DNA of 64,000 nucleotides from Bugula neritina (Eukaryota; Animalia; Bryozoa): NCBI GenBank assembly GCA_964035545.1, contig OZ037771.1, positions 6,109,190 to 6,173,189 of the forward strand, read 5' to 3'. Shown piece by piece: positions 1 to 13,112 of this stretch (position 1 is its first letter; each line of letters starts with the position of its first letter). The notes under the pieces were generated by a model. It saw only the letters and a program-made list of their open reading frames with translations, ran no database searches and was not told where the DNA came from. The position numbers and the translations under genes were made by a program.

Positions 1-174
1 CCATTTTTACCTGTGCCACTTTTACCCGTGCCATTTTTACTTTTGATTCACAATCAATAAACACTGCTATCCTTCAGGTTTGCAGTACTATTTTATATAT
101 TTATATATTGACAATATATTGAAAATATATTGACAATGTATTGACAATATATTGACATATAATACAATTGTTAG

Positions 175-2409
175 AAGTAAGATCAACATCGCCATTCTAC
201 AACTGAGGGAGAAGGGAGTTCTGTCTGAGCTGGAGAAGAAGTGGTGGGAGGAGGAAGGAGATGTGTGTGATGAAGACACGACAGATACAGTAATATCATA
301 TCCATTATGTGTCTAATATAATGTGATAGTACTCAGTGTATAAACTAGTTATTAGAGTAATAGTACTCAGTGTATATACTAGTCATTAGAGTAATAGTAC
401 TCAGTGTATATACTAGTCATTAGAGTAATAGTACTCAGTATATATAATAGTCATTAGAGTAATAGTACTCAGTGTATATACTAGTCATTAGAGTAATAGT
501 ACTCAGTATATATAATAGTCATTAGAGTAATAGTACTCAGTGTATAAACTAGTTATTAGAGTAATAGTACTCAGTGTATATAATAGTCATTAGAGTAATA
601 GTACTCAGTGTATATACTAGTCATTAGAGTGATAGTACTCAGTGTATATACTAGTCATTAGAGTGATAGCACTCAGTGTATATACTAGTCATTAGAGTGA
701 TAGCACTTAGTGTAAATATAATAGTTGTTTGTGCAGGGCTCCACTAGTACCCTGACGGTGGATAAAATTGAAGGCATATTCCACATACTTGGAGCTGGAA
801 TAGCAGCTGGTGTCGTCATAGTGATGGGGGAACTATTGATTACAGCTAAACTCAACTCTCTTAAATCTAAAGGCGAGGTGTGTTACTCTTTTTATGCCAT
901 AGTTTAATCAACCAATGTGCTGACAACTCTATTATGTTAACAGCTGATACATTGTCAGTTGGTGGTTAAATCTCTTGTCTCACCATTCTACTTGAGGAAT
1001 TTTATATTACACGCGCTGCTGCCACATATGTTGAATGACAGCAGCTAGTAAAAATTGAATCTTTTTTAAATTTTTCTTTAATTCAACTGATCTCACGGTT
1101 AAAACAATTACCAAAGTTTAGGTTCCTAGTGTTGTAAGTCATGGCCCTATTGTTCTGGCTATTTTCTTTGCTCTTATTTCAATAATTGTGGGGTGAAAGA
1201 AATATGGTGTCTTATCTCAGGTGACTTTCCTGGACTCTCTCAAGTCGCATCTATCTTTGTTTGTTGGTAACCAAGGAAAAGCAACTCCTATAGACGAGCC
1301 ACCCGCACATAGCATGAGTCATGTAAGATATAGCTGTAAACTACTGAGTCATATGAAGCAGTGAACACAGCCATAAAAATGTAAAATGGGTTACTGCATT
1401 CGAAACAGCAGCCATTCCCAGCTGTTGAAGGGCATGTTTCAATTTGTCTGGTCATATTTGCTGTGTTAACATACATTTTAATCGAGACAATAAGTAGTTG
1501 GGCAAAAAATTGAAAATTATTTATTAATTTTGAAAATTTTTGAAATTGTGTAAGCTCTATAAAAACAATGTTTTAGTCATTTATATAAATGTATTATACT
1601 ACAAAAAAGGTTTGTGGGACATTCAATGAAGCATAATTTGATTATTATTTTTCCAAAACTTTTGAACTATTAAATTGATTGAAGTGATTTTAGGTAAAAA
1701 TGGCACAGGTAAAAATGGCACAGTAAAAATGGAACAAGTAATAGTGGCACAAATGGAAAAGTAGATAAAAATGGCACACTAGCTGATGTTAAATTTTCTC
1801 AAACCCCAACCTCTCAACCCCTAACCTTTAAACCCCAACCCCAAATGCAAACCCCCATCCCCAAACCTAAACCTCATTCCAAACCCCCAACCACCACCCA
1901 AACCCTAATATTGAAAATGTGCCATTTTTACCTACTTTGCCATTTGTGCCATTTTTACCTGTGCCAATTTTCCCGGACACCTATTGAAGCACTGTATCCC
2001 AGCCCTGTATGTTCAAATACTGTATCTGTATGATATTATAGCCAGTGTTGGGCTTTTCTCTCTTTTTTGCATTAGAAATTTGAGATTAAAAGGTATAAAA
2101 AACTCATACATATTTTCTTCATTACGATTCATTAGGTCAATTAACATCCACTGAAGACTCTTTCAGGCTATCAGAATACCAAGCTTTTATCATATTCTTG
2201 TTTCACCTGCTCTCTGTCCTTTCCAATTGTAGTCGAGTACAAAGAACCAGTTCTTGTCAGTAGATGACGTGTTTATAACTCCGCCCTCTCTACAACTAAC
2301 CAATAGCAGTCCAAATAAACAGCACCACCGTGAGCTAACAAATGCTTCTACGGCAGCTACAGATCCTCAACCTAGATCAGATGGGAATCACATCAAATTT
2401 CAAATATAA
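175..2409 (+). CDS. Ionotropic glutamate receptor (AMPA/kainate-like), 3' exons only: 175-289, 737-877, 1221-1322, 2233-2409
   Basis: Phase-consistent GT-AG exons give SKINIAILQLREKGVLSELEKKWWEEEGDVC (end of the S2 ligand-binding lobe), then LTVDKIEGIFHILGAGIAAGVVIVMGELL (M4 helix), then a cytoplasmic tail ending ...HIKFQI-stop. AATAAA at ~2412 and ~2486. The 5' part lies outside the window. Confidence 0.88.
325..716. repeat. 34-bp intronic minisatellite (TAGTACTCAGTGTATATACTAGTCATTAGAGTAA), ~11 copies
   Basis: Tandem units directly visible in the iGluR intron. Confidence 0.95.
1692..1981. mobile_element. Foldback/MULE-like non-autonomous element with GGTAAAAATGGCAC subterminal repeats and an AAACCCC/TAA telomere-like core; a second partial copy at 1-41
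   Basis: Left arm has repeated GGTAAAAATGGCAC, right arm repeated GTGCCATTTTTACC (inverted), centre AAACCCCAA/AAACCCTAA repeats. The same right-arm repeats occur at 1-41. Superfamily is an inference. Confidence 0.6.
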
Positions 2410-2804
2410 GCAATAAATCCAGGGTAAAGTAATACTGGGCAACAGAAAAGTAAAACATATTTATTTACATTTATTTTTATCTGCTAATAAAGTTTTGTGC
2501 ATTATAATTTATCTGTATTTGATTTGTTGTACAATTATGCAATAGTATGATACTATACAATAGTATAGACTATAGCACAATAAGTCAAATGTTTTAAAGA
2601 ACATTTTTCTTTTTATCTCAATCATATTTTATTGAGCAATGTTAGATGTTGTCTTTAGGCTAAAACAGGTTCTTGATATTTCAGTTATATTTGCCAATTT
2701 ACTGCTTTACCAATTCATAGTTTTAACAATAAATTAATGTTATGAATGATTCAGACAGAAGAAATCCCTGTTATCTGTTAAGTTTGTAGAATGTACATTA
2801 ATAG

Positions 2805-2935
2805 TACGGTGTACACTGTACCAGTACAGTGTACAATGTACTGGTACAGTGTACAATGTACTGGTACAGTGTACAATGTACCGGTACAGTGTACACTGTA
2901 CCGGTACATTGTACAATGTACCGGTACAGTGTACA
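2805..2935. repeat. 20-bp tandem repeat (GTACAGTGTACAATGTACTG)
   Basis: Visible tandem units; explains the spurious ORFs at 2791-3042. Confidence 0.9.
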
Positions 2936-3308
2936 TATACGATACAGGTTACAGTACATACAACGGAGGAAATATTTTACTAAAAACTGTATGTTACATG
3001 ATGACTGTCTATATGAGTAAACATAATGTTCATGCCAAGTAAAAGTTTTCTACGCTGTCTTCAACTGCTGCTTGTTTGTGTTACATAAAAAAAAATCTTA
3101 CAGCAATTACATAACTAATACCAGAATATTGACAACTTTGAAACATCCAAACAAGTAAATTAATTTCTTTGTAAGTAAAGCTGCTCGAAGGTAAAACGTC
3201 AGAATTGGAAGTGTTTATAACCAGACAAAATATAAATTTGTGGACACAATTGATGGGTATCATCAGTTGCAGACGTATTTTAGGAAAATAAACCTACAAC
3301 ATTTGGCT

Positions 3309-3510
3309 GTGTGTGTGTGTGCGTGTGCGTGCGTGTGTGTGTGTGTGCGTGCGTGTGCGTGCGTGTGCGTGCGTGCGTGTGCGTGCGTGTGTGTGCGTGT
3401 GTGTGCGTGTGTGTGCGTGTGTGTATGCGTGTGTGTGCGTGCGCGTGCGTGCGTGTGTGTGTGTGTGCGTGTGTGTGTGTGCGTGTGTGTGTGCGTGTGT
3501 GTGCGTGTGT
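3309..3510. repeat. (GT/GC)n compound microsatellite
   Basis: About 200 bp of alternating purine-pyrimidine sequence. Confidence 0.97.
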
Positions 3511-6500
3511 GATGAGATTTTTAAAATAATTTACTCTAAAACAGCACTACTATAGCTTTGTACAGCAGACTGGACTGCAGTCGTAGTATTAAAGTGCTGA
3601 GACTGTTTGCATGCAAAGTGAGAATAACTTCAATTAAAGATAACTAACTCTACATGAGTAAATATTTAAAGCTTATAAATCAAAAGCATTGTTGATCAGC
3701 GATTTATTGAGTACTGCTTTGATTAAGTAGGCAAACAGAGAATAATTCCTTCTTGCTTAATTGGGCAGAGAGGGAATAACTCCTTTTTGCTAATTCAGCA
3801 GAGAGGGAATAACTACTTTCGTTCAACTGGACAGAGAGAGGATAACTCCTTTTGTCAATTGGGATTTAGTAAAGTGCATTTCATGCATGCTTGTGTTTCA
3901 CACAAAAGCCACTAAGTCTAGTGTATTCAACACGATTTCAAAACTTTTTCCTTACCAGCAGCTCCATGCAAAGAGAAAACAACTCCCTGAGCAGAGCTGT
4001 TTTGTTATTAGCTGGTCACATGACATAGAAACTCTTAACACTACTAAACAATGTAGTTATCAACATAATATAAATGAGTTATATTTTTAGTCACACTATT
4101 TATTAGATACACCTGTAAGCCAATGTAAATATTTACAAATGGAAAGGACAACTCCATGCAGAAACTACTAATTTTTATTGTACTCATATAGTTATCTCAT
4201 TCTTTGCTAACTTTATATCTGAGAATAATCTCACAGCTCAAAGTGTGACCGTGATAAGCAGAACTTGAGGCATGCATATGTAAAACTGTTTCAACGGTCT
4301 TTTGACATAAAACCATTTTGAAGTCATTTACTTTGGAAAAAACCTGTTATGCGGGATTAAAACTAACTGGTGCATATCAAATCATTAGAGATTTTAAATT
4401 CAATCAATTATTATTTCAATGTTTCTTTACATAATATGCTTTTGATAATATTATATTTACTGTTTATACTGTGGAAACTGTTCTTGTTGCACAAACATAA
4501 GCTGTTAGAATCAATGTGGCGGTGCAATAAATAAGCTCTCTGTAAGCTAGCTGCAGCACAGGGTTGAGGGAAAATCAGCACACAGATTGTAAATAACCTA
4601 TCTATTTTTTTGTCTTGTAAATTATATTATTGTGTAGCTAAACTAAGACAAGGCTATTATACTTTAGAAAACTGTTGTGATTATATTTAGCAATCACCTC
4701 TATTTTTAGATTACAGCCTTTATGTGCAAGTAATATATGGTGCCTTTGGTAAATTCTTTGCTTGTGATATCATAACATTCAAGCCCAAAAACAATAAAAA
4801 TAATCGAATTATATGCATCAACATATTTTCCTGCTCTCATAACCCAATAATAACCCATATATGGTATGGAATGCAGAAGACTTGCAAAGTAAATACGTTC
4901 AAAATTCCCCATTCCAAAAATCCCCATATGTATGCCTTTTTATTTTTGCTATGGTTTGAGATTTCACAAAATAAGCAATTGGAAAAGTTAAAAAATATTC
5001 AACAGAACTCATTTATTCGAACGTTTAGGCAGCACCTACTATATTCACCATCAGCCGGTTAGCTTTGCTTCAGCTTTAAATTTTTATTTATCGATTTTTG
5101 GGTGTCTGGGAGGCTTAAGATATACTTGAATAATACGTAAGGAGGTTCTGCAGGTAGGCTGATTGGTAGAAAGTGTTTACAGAAAGCTCTCAAAATATTT
5201 TCTATTTCTTATAAACTGTGAATTAGTGAAAAGAAAGCCAAGTGCTGCTAAATAATGGCAATCAATAAGATCAATAGAGCTTCCTTTATTGTAGATGCAC
5301 ATATAATTTACAAAACTAACAGCGATTTTCTATAGAATAAAATGCCGTTACACTGAGTACACAAACACCTGTTGTACATTTTAATGCTTGGCTTTTCACT
5401 TAACAATATAGTCTAAATTCAAAACTATAATTGGAAAACACACACACCTTATGGCATGCCCACCCTGGACACAGATATTTTGCACAAACAGTACAAATAA
5501 CTCAATGCAAAATGCTAGGACTCTGCAAATGTTCTTAATATAGTAATAATGATATTTGTAAGATAATGTCATTACTCTCTGTACACACAGCATAATACAT
5601 TAAAATATAAAACCGACAACCACAAAAATTCTGAAAATTATTGGCTACTACACCACTTGTTCACTTATCACAAAATCAAATATGAAATAAAAAAGTGGGT
5701 ATTCACTTGCTGGAGCCTTCCCTACTAGCACCCCCCTTCCTCCCCCCACCTTATATTTATGATTATTCCAATATATATAACATTTAAGTCCTGTTGCTTC
5801 ATCTGGAAAAATTACAGCAATTTTTCATCACCTGAAATTTGAAGTTGTCATCTCTCTATGGGTAGTTGCATTCAAACCTAAATATAATTAATAAATAAAT
5901 AAATGAGTTTTCAATCACATTTCAGGTCACATGGTGCACTAAGTTGGTCATTTTTGCTTGTGGAGAGAGTATTTGGCTATACAGAAATCCTTATACAGCT
6001 AGCGTGTAATACAACAGGCCACAGCAAGGCACCAATCTTCTAATCTCAGTCATCCTTGGTAATAAAATAATATAATAATACTCAGAATATTTCAGCAGTT
6101 GTAGCGTAATCTACTATGTAAACAACAAAGCATTTCTTAGTTTGTCTACATGCAGCTCTCAAACTAATGATTTATTTTAGCAAACAGTGCATGTTCTGAG
6201 AGAGAGTTAAAGGTATTGTGCCTCACTAGGTTCGGATAAAAGACATCTACTTGAGTGACCAGTTTGAAGTTCAATGTGCTTTATACTGACTACTAAAAAC
6301 AGTTTTCTGCATTGACTAGCGTCTCAAAGCAAGACCTCTTTGCAAAAGTCTGTTTACACTTATAGCTTCATAGCTACACTTCAGCCTAAAAAAGGCTACA
6401 GTTATTGAGCTTTGCATTACGAAAAAATTGCTTTCAGCAGTTTATAACAATTGCTTTAACCCACAAGAAGGCGAGGCGAGAGAAAGTAACCAGTGCTGAT

Positions 6501-7523
6501 TGAATGGTTGCGTTGAATTCACCACAATTATTAGGAAACAGTCAACCTTCCTTTCACCCTGTCATGCAACAGAGGTTTTAAACATACCTTACAGTGAATT
6601 GATAATTGGGGTTGTAAGAGTAGTAATTCATTCTCGCAAAAACCCTCAGACTGGAACCGATACAGGTATAATTCTACTGTAGTAAGCAAGGCCATCATTT
6701 TTATATTGGACTCCTATTGCTTTTCTTATAAGTTTGGAAGCAGGTAGTTATCATATAAAGCAGCACACAGGTTGTGTTGTAAATTCCAATGTTTGCCTCT
6801 TTTGTAGCAAACATCCAGAAAGCTACAGGCATTGCTAGTATAACTGGTGATAGCATATTACTACCAGGGTGTATTGCATGCATGTGGCAACTGCAATGTA
6901 CACATTTCAAGCATTGATTGTTAATCAGCAAATAGTAGCTTGCTTGCCTGGGTGCTAAGATAGGTTGCAGTTATATCGCTGTTTTTGACAATGAGTATGA
7001 ATATAATCTAACGTAATTTATGAATTTCTACAACAATATGTTGAATATTGTATTAAACAAAATTAGAATAAACTTATATGCAATGAAAAAAATGAGTATA
7101 TAACAAAAGTAACAAAAATGGAGATATTTCAATTAATTGAAAATAGTACCAAATAAATAGTGAATATGCAAAAACTTATTGACCTTATCAATATTAACCG
7201 GCTTCATTGGTTGAAAGACTTAATTCTGTTCAATATATTGCTAGCTATATATCATTATGCATGAATAACTGTTGTGCAATTTACAGCATAAAAGTATATA
7301 TATAATAAATTCATATAAACACAAAGTATATACAATCTGAATAATGTAGACAGTACAAATATTGCATAATTTTGTTAATAATATTGCAACCAATATTTTG
7401 GCTTTTCAGTTTATATCTCAGAACTATGTACACTGTTTGATAGAACCCACTATGACATATGTAATCTCGTTGTTTAAGTTTTCTCTTATATAAACACAGA
7501 ATAAAAGTCAGTCACTCCAACCG

Positions 7524-8412
7524 TTACTGATCTCCCAACTGGAACCCGCCGTAAATGCGTATGCTGCTTTCAAATCCTGGCAATAAACTTTCTTTATATT
7601 GTTTCCTAGCTTCAAGGCGAACTCGCACCATTGCTATGAGACTCAAGTTTCGCCCATGTCTCACTTTCACTTCTTCACCGTTCGCAGTCTGTTTTTTGCC
7701 TGTTTCAACTATTGCATTCAGAAAATTTAATTTGTTTAAAGATTTGGTAACTTGGTCAAATACTTTCACCATTCTTTTCTCACTGCATTCTTTGGGATAC
7801 ATTTTGCAAAAGTTAATGATTTCCATAAGTTCTTGTGCGTCACCAAGTGGCTCCTGGCCCAGGACACTTAGCAGTGGCGCTGAGAAAATAAACAAAGATT
7901 AATTACAGTGACTGAAGACCTTGAAAACATTTTCAATATGCAAATCACTATAAAGCATTTTTTGTATTGTATTATTAACAGGCAGTATTTATAAGAACAA
8001 TCTTCAATTTACTCCTATCGGTTTTTATCAGCTGACGTTTCAAAATATTTTATCTGTATCATATGGTACTGAGCATAACAAACCAACTTTGCAAAATATC
8101 ATGATACTTTCTAAGCATTTCAATACGTATTAACCATAAAAAAATGAAAGCCAAGATGATTTTCAACAAGTGACGAGAAATCTTCAATTGTGACACTTCC
8201 ATAATATTGTCAGTATAATTTTTTTCAAACCACTTTTACAGTACATAAAGTTACTTCAAACTTTTTCAGAAAACCTACTTTTAATAAATTACAGAAAATT
8301 ATTTTAAATTTTTAGATTATTAATTTGTTTTACCTTTCAACTTGTCAGGTTTTGGTATTCTTCTTGCTGCAGCTATAGCAAGTAGCACTAAAAGGACCAC
8401 AATGCCTTTCAT
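7524..8412 (-). CDS. Small secreted orphan protein, 144 aa, 2 exons (8412-8334, 7879-7524)
   Basis: Exon 1 MKGIVVLLVLLAIAAARRIPKPDKLK reads as a signal peptide. A phase-1 GT-AG intron joins it in frame to the 7524-7895 ORF. TATA-like TATTTAAA lies ~35 nt upstream of the ATG. Confidence 0.75.
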
Positions 8413-11400
8413 GTTTCAGAATATCGTCATGCTACAGCTGCTGCTTTAAATAAAGTGAGGCAAAGTCAGGCTAGGTTTAGTATTTATTCTGTGTTCAGGT
8501 TATGCCAACAAGTCTAGCGTTTATTAGGCAGCATTCATGAGGCAGCATTCATTCATAGCCTTAATTGTTTCTCTTGTTCTATTTACAATTAGCATCTACA
8601 TCCTCCTTGTTATAATCCATCACATTTATCAATTAAAAATCCAATTAAATGTCCTAACAATTACCGGTTTTCTTGATGAACAAATCACGCATTGGCTTTC
8701 ATTGGTTGAAAACACAGTGATTGGCTATGCAGCAAAGGCTTCAAAGAGGCTTGGGTATATGGAAAAGCAGTGATAATGAGTTAATAGGCAGTAATATATT
8801 GTTTCAGTTAGACCTGACTATAATAACCAAGTTGGCATATAATATAATAATATCAACTAGGTTCAATATCTTTGACTATTTAGCATTGTGTATAGCCTAT
8901 AGGATTATTAACCTTGGTTTTTACCAAGTCTGCCAGCTGTTAGGATTTGTCCATCAAACAATAAATTATATTTATCTTGTAGGAGTTGCACTACCCATGA
9001 ATTAAGTGACATGAACGATGTCACATGACAAATTTTTGTAAATGTTGTCATCTGCCATCACGTACAAAATATAAAATTTTTGTGTCACAGAACATATTTC
9101 GTGGTCACAATCAGATTTAGGCTTCAACTTATCAGTCAGAAGGAAGGCCCAACTGCCAAAACAGAATCAAATCATGGCGAGTGAACACATGTTTCTACTT
9201 CTTTATAGAGTCCGGTTTGGCGGCAAGTGAGCAGTTTATGGCGTAAGATAGTCATGCTAGATTTTGATATTTATTCCCTTCTTGCAGCAATGCTGTTATC
9301 AGTTTTGCTCTAGCATGTATATAAACAGTATTTCTATAATAGATCCTAAACGCAAAGATATTATGTTGCGAATGAAAGACACGACATTAATTATATTTAC
9401 ACACATGCTTATACATGCTTAATAAAAAAAATAATAATGATGACATACAAGTGCGTGGAGGTTAAGTGATCATCTCGCGTCAGCGTCTTAAAGAACAAAC
9501 AGTTAAGTAGCTGTGCCTTGAAGCTATTTCATCCTTTAAAGAGCTTTATAACACTATATTCTATATTAGTACACTCTATAGTTGCACATCATTGTCAGAG
9601 GTTTATTAACCTTGGCCATTTAACAGCCTGTTATTCCAAATCAAGACAGAACTTTCCCTTTCTGGCAAACTTTTGTATTAAATATATACAATAATGATAA
9701 AAAGCTTTGGGTCTTTTTAAATTTAAATCGATTATAATCAATAAGTGATTTCCTGTGCGATTAAAAAGTATCTACTGCTTTCAAATGTTTAGTTTGAATC
9801 GGTCTAAACGGTAAAAATTATTTTGCAGAAATTACATTCATTGCAATAGAGTTATTAACTAAATAAAACGATGCACATGTTTAATAATGAATTTATAACC
9901 ACATCTTGGAGGCATTATATGTGTTTTATCTTCAATACAGAAACTCAAACCTTTGATTCAGAAATATATATAACAACTTCTGTGACTCATATGGGATCAA
10001 CTAAGGACCAAATATTAACCTAAAGCAAAGTTTTGAGAATTGATTGAGTGTGAGAGATTAACTGACTAATAATAAGACTTGGTCATTTTTACAAAAGGTT
10101 TAAATTAGCCATTATTTACACAGTTATCAGCTTCTTTACAGTTTTTATTCTGAATGATGTTAAAGCTATTGTTCAACAGGTAAACACATAGCCTATATAA
10201 TAATGCAATAAAATGACCAACAAAAGAAAGAAGGGTTAATCATTTCTATAGAATCGCAGGTGATTCTAATAGAAACTAAGTCTATAGACACTTATTTCTA
10301 AAATCAGCTGATTTTGCACTTGAAAACATTCCATGATTGAATAAAGACAGTCTAATTAAAGTGCCAATTGAGCTGTGCCGGTTTGTTTAACAAAATTGAA
10401 AAGAATTTATTTGTTGAACCGATAATCAATGAGCAACCGATATGCTTTCATTCCTCACTTTACTTAAGACTTGATTAATTAAAAGATTATCATAAAAATA
10501 GTAACACTTCATAGTGATCAGGCTTGCCTCTACAGACCAATCAAAAGCACCGTTACTGGCAAGTCTTCAATGTTTGTTCTTTTAACATAATATTTTCTGA
10601 ATTACATTCCAAGTAGATGACCGGCACCTAAAACTCTATTTACTTAGAGCATTCATAAAATGCTGCCAAAGTTCTTATAAGCATCATATAACAGCTGCAG
10701 TTGGAGCCTCTGCAATAGGTATTCGTGCAAACGGACAGAAAAACAAGCATCTCCCGACCTTTTACCTCTTCCTCAATGCTCCAAATTGTTCTGTTAAGAT
10801 CTGTAACATTAAGTTTGTAAGATCAAAAAAAGTAAGTTTAATTATTGATGCATAAATGATGTTAGAAATTTAAATCATTTCAAACAGTTTTCAGATAAAG
10901 CTTTATAAAAATTTTACAAATTCAAATCCAAATTAAAATATTAAAATATTCAAAAGCATTATAGTCTAAACAACTGCAATTACTGAGGTAGGTTGTTTTG
11001 AAGTTTCTATGTTATTTTAGAAGCGTACTGTATAGGCAACTAGGAGAAAAAAACATTGCATCAATCATTACACAAATATATGTGATAATTCTAAAATTGT
11101 GGTTAGTGTCACTTTGTTTTGGCACAAAACTCTCATGCAGATTTGAAAGTATCTTTAAAACCTGTTAAACATTTCTTTTGGAATAAATGAGTGAAGATGT
11201 TATTAAGTTGATGTTGTAGAATGTCCTGCCACTACCCCCTTCACCTGTACTCATTTCAAACCAACTTAGTAACAGAAATATAGCCTCATATTCATAATCC
11301 TAAACAGAAATAGAGGGTGCCAATCAAATATGTAACATTTGACAGTTACTTTTAATTCACTCGGGCTATGCACTCAATAAACCGGGTCAAGCGCAAGTCA

Positions 11401-12768
11401 ACAAGAGATTTGATCAATAACTCTGCCGGTAAACCTGTTGACATCTCAAATAATTTAAAGCAGTCGACCAGAATAAATTAAACAAGAATATATTTAATAT
11501 AATATAATGATTGTTGTACTAAATAGTAATATGATAATTATAATTATATTGTACTAAATATTAATATCGTAGTTACATTTATTCTCATACATTGCATTTT
11601 AAACTTGGAGCTAAATGGATTAGAAAGTTGTATGTTTCGCTTGGTAAGCCATACTTTTCGTATTTTAATTAAGTTTGGCAATAGAAGTACCAAAACGTCA
11701 AATAATTATGCAGACTAATAGTTCACGTTTTAGTATAGCTGCCACTAGTAGTGAACTGTAATTAAAGTTGTATACAAGTTGTATGATTGTGTGAAAACTA
11801 CTTGCTGCATACAATAATGTTTGCCTGCCAAGTTATAGTTGGTGCTTCCTAGTTACTTTCCATGACCGAGCTGAGCTCATCTAGGAATGAATATTCTCTG
11901 CAGAATACCACCAGTATTTAAACAGCATTGCAAGTGGTATTTTGAGATTGTGATATATCTATCTCTGTGTGAAAGAACACAACTTTAAAGGATTGGCCAC
12001 AATCCTATAAACCTGTTAGTGTAACTGGAGGTGAAGCTGATGCCAGGTGCTCATCTTTATTATAACTTTCCTGATGCAACTTATACCTGCTGCACCAAAA
12101 GTGCTGCTTGTAAGGCTCTGTGTAGGCAGCATTGTCCATCAACATAAATTTAGCAGTTAAATAAGCAAACACTATGCTTGTTATTCACAACATTTGTATT
12201 AAATAATAAATGCATTGGTTATCAAAGAACTAATACATTATTACTCATCACAGGAAGAATGTGGGACAAGGAAAAAACAGGGTTTTTCATAAGTCATATT
12301 TTCCATCACGCTGTCAAAACCTGATAGCTGCTAGAGGTTGCAGTTTCAATTTACTCTTAGACGAATCCTGAGCTATTCAAGTGCCCCCCCTCCCCCCCTC
12401 CCCCTCCTCCCCCCCCCCAAGTGAACTAAAACAGGATAACTTCACTAATTATATCATGCCAGATTATTTACTTTGAGAAAAGGGATTGAAGCAAACTGCA
12501 CTTCAACAGAGTGTATAGAGACTGTAGACCATGCATCAAGCTCACCCAAGGCTGAGTTGTCCTCTCATTGAAAAGGGTTAAGCCAACTCCAAATTTAGTT
12601 AGAACTGGTTTGCTCTCCGCAATAATAATAACATACATGTGCATGACTTATTTTGGTACTTTATAATGTGCTTGTGTATAATATGTGTTAATATATTATT
12701 ATAAGGTACAATATGCTGATGTTATAAATCCATTATTAATCTACCCTCCAGCTTTCTACTAAGTGTAA

Positions 12769-13112
12769 GCCTAGGGCCACACGGTGCGTATTTTCGCATG
12801 CAAAAATTGAAATCACAAGTAGCAAAGGTGTCCACTGTAGCGTCAGTGATGCGTGATAAATAAAGCTTTCATTTTTAAATCGCACTCGCTTTCAATAAAA
12901 CGCAATTTACTGGAATGTAGCACTAAAATAAAGAAATTGGGCTCGCTGAATAACTACCAGCCAATTAGGTGACGACGACAGAGACGATTCGCACTTGCGT
13001 TGAAAATGCAGAGCGACAAGTTCGAAGGTTTTCTCAACGCGCACAGTAGACACCTTTGCTACTTGTGATTTCAATTTTCGCATGCGAAAATACGCACCGT
13101 GTGGCCCTAGGC
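12769..13112. mobile_element. PIF/Harbinger (Tourist-like) MITE, 344 bp
   Basis: ~70-bp near-perfect terminal inverted repeats (GCCTAGGGCCACACGGTGCG...CGCACCGTGTGGCCCTAGGC) flanked by TAA / TTA; no ORF. Confidence 0.85.

Noticed and set aside
3240-3555. Cys/Val-rich ORFs
   Set aside because: Translations of the (GT/GC)n microsatellite.
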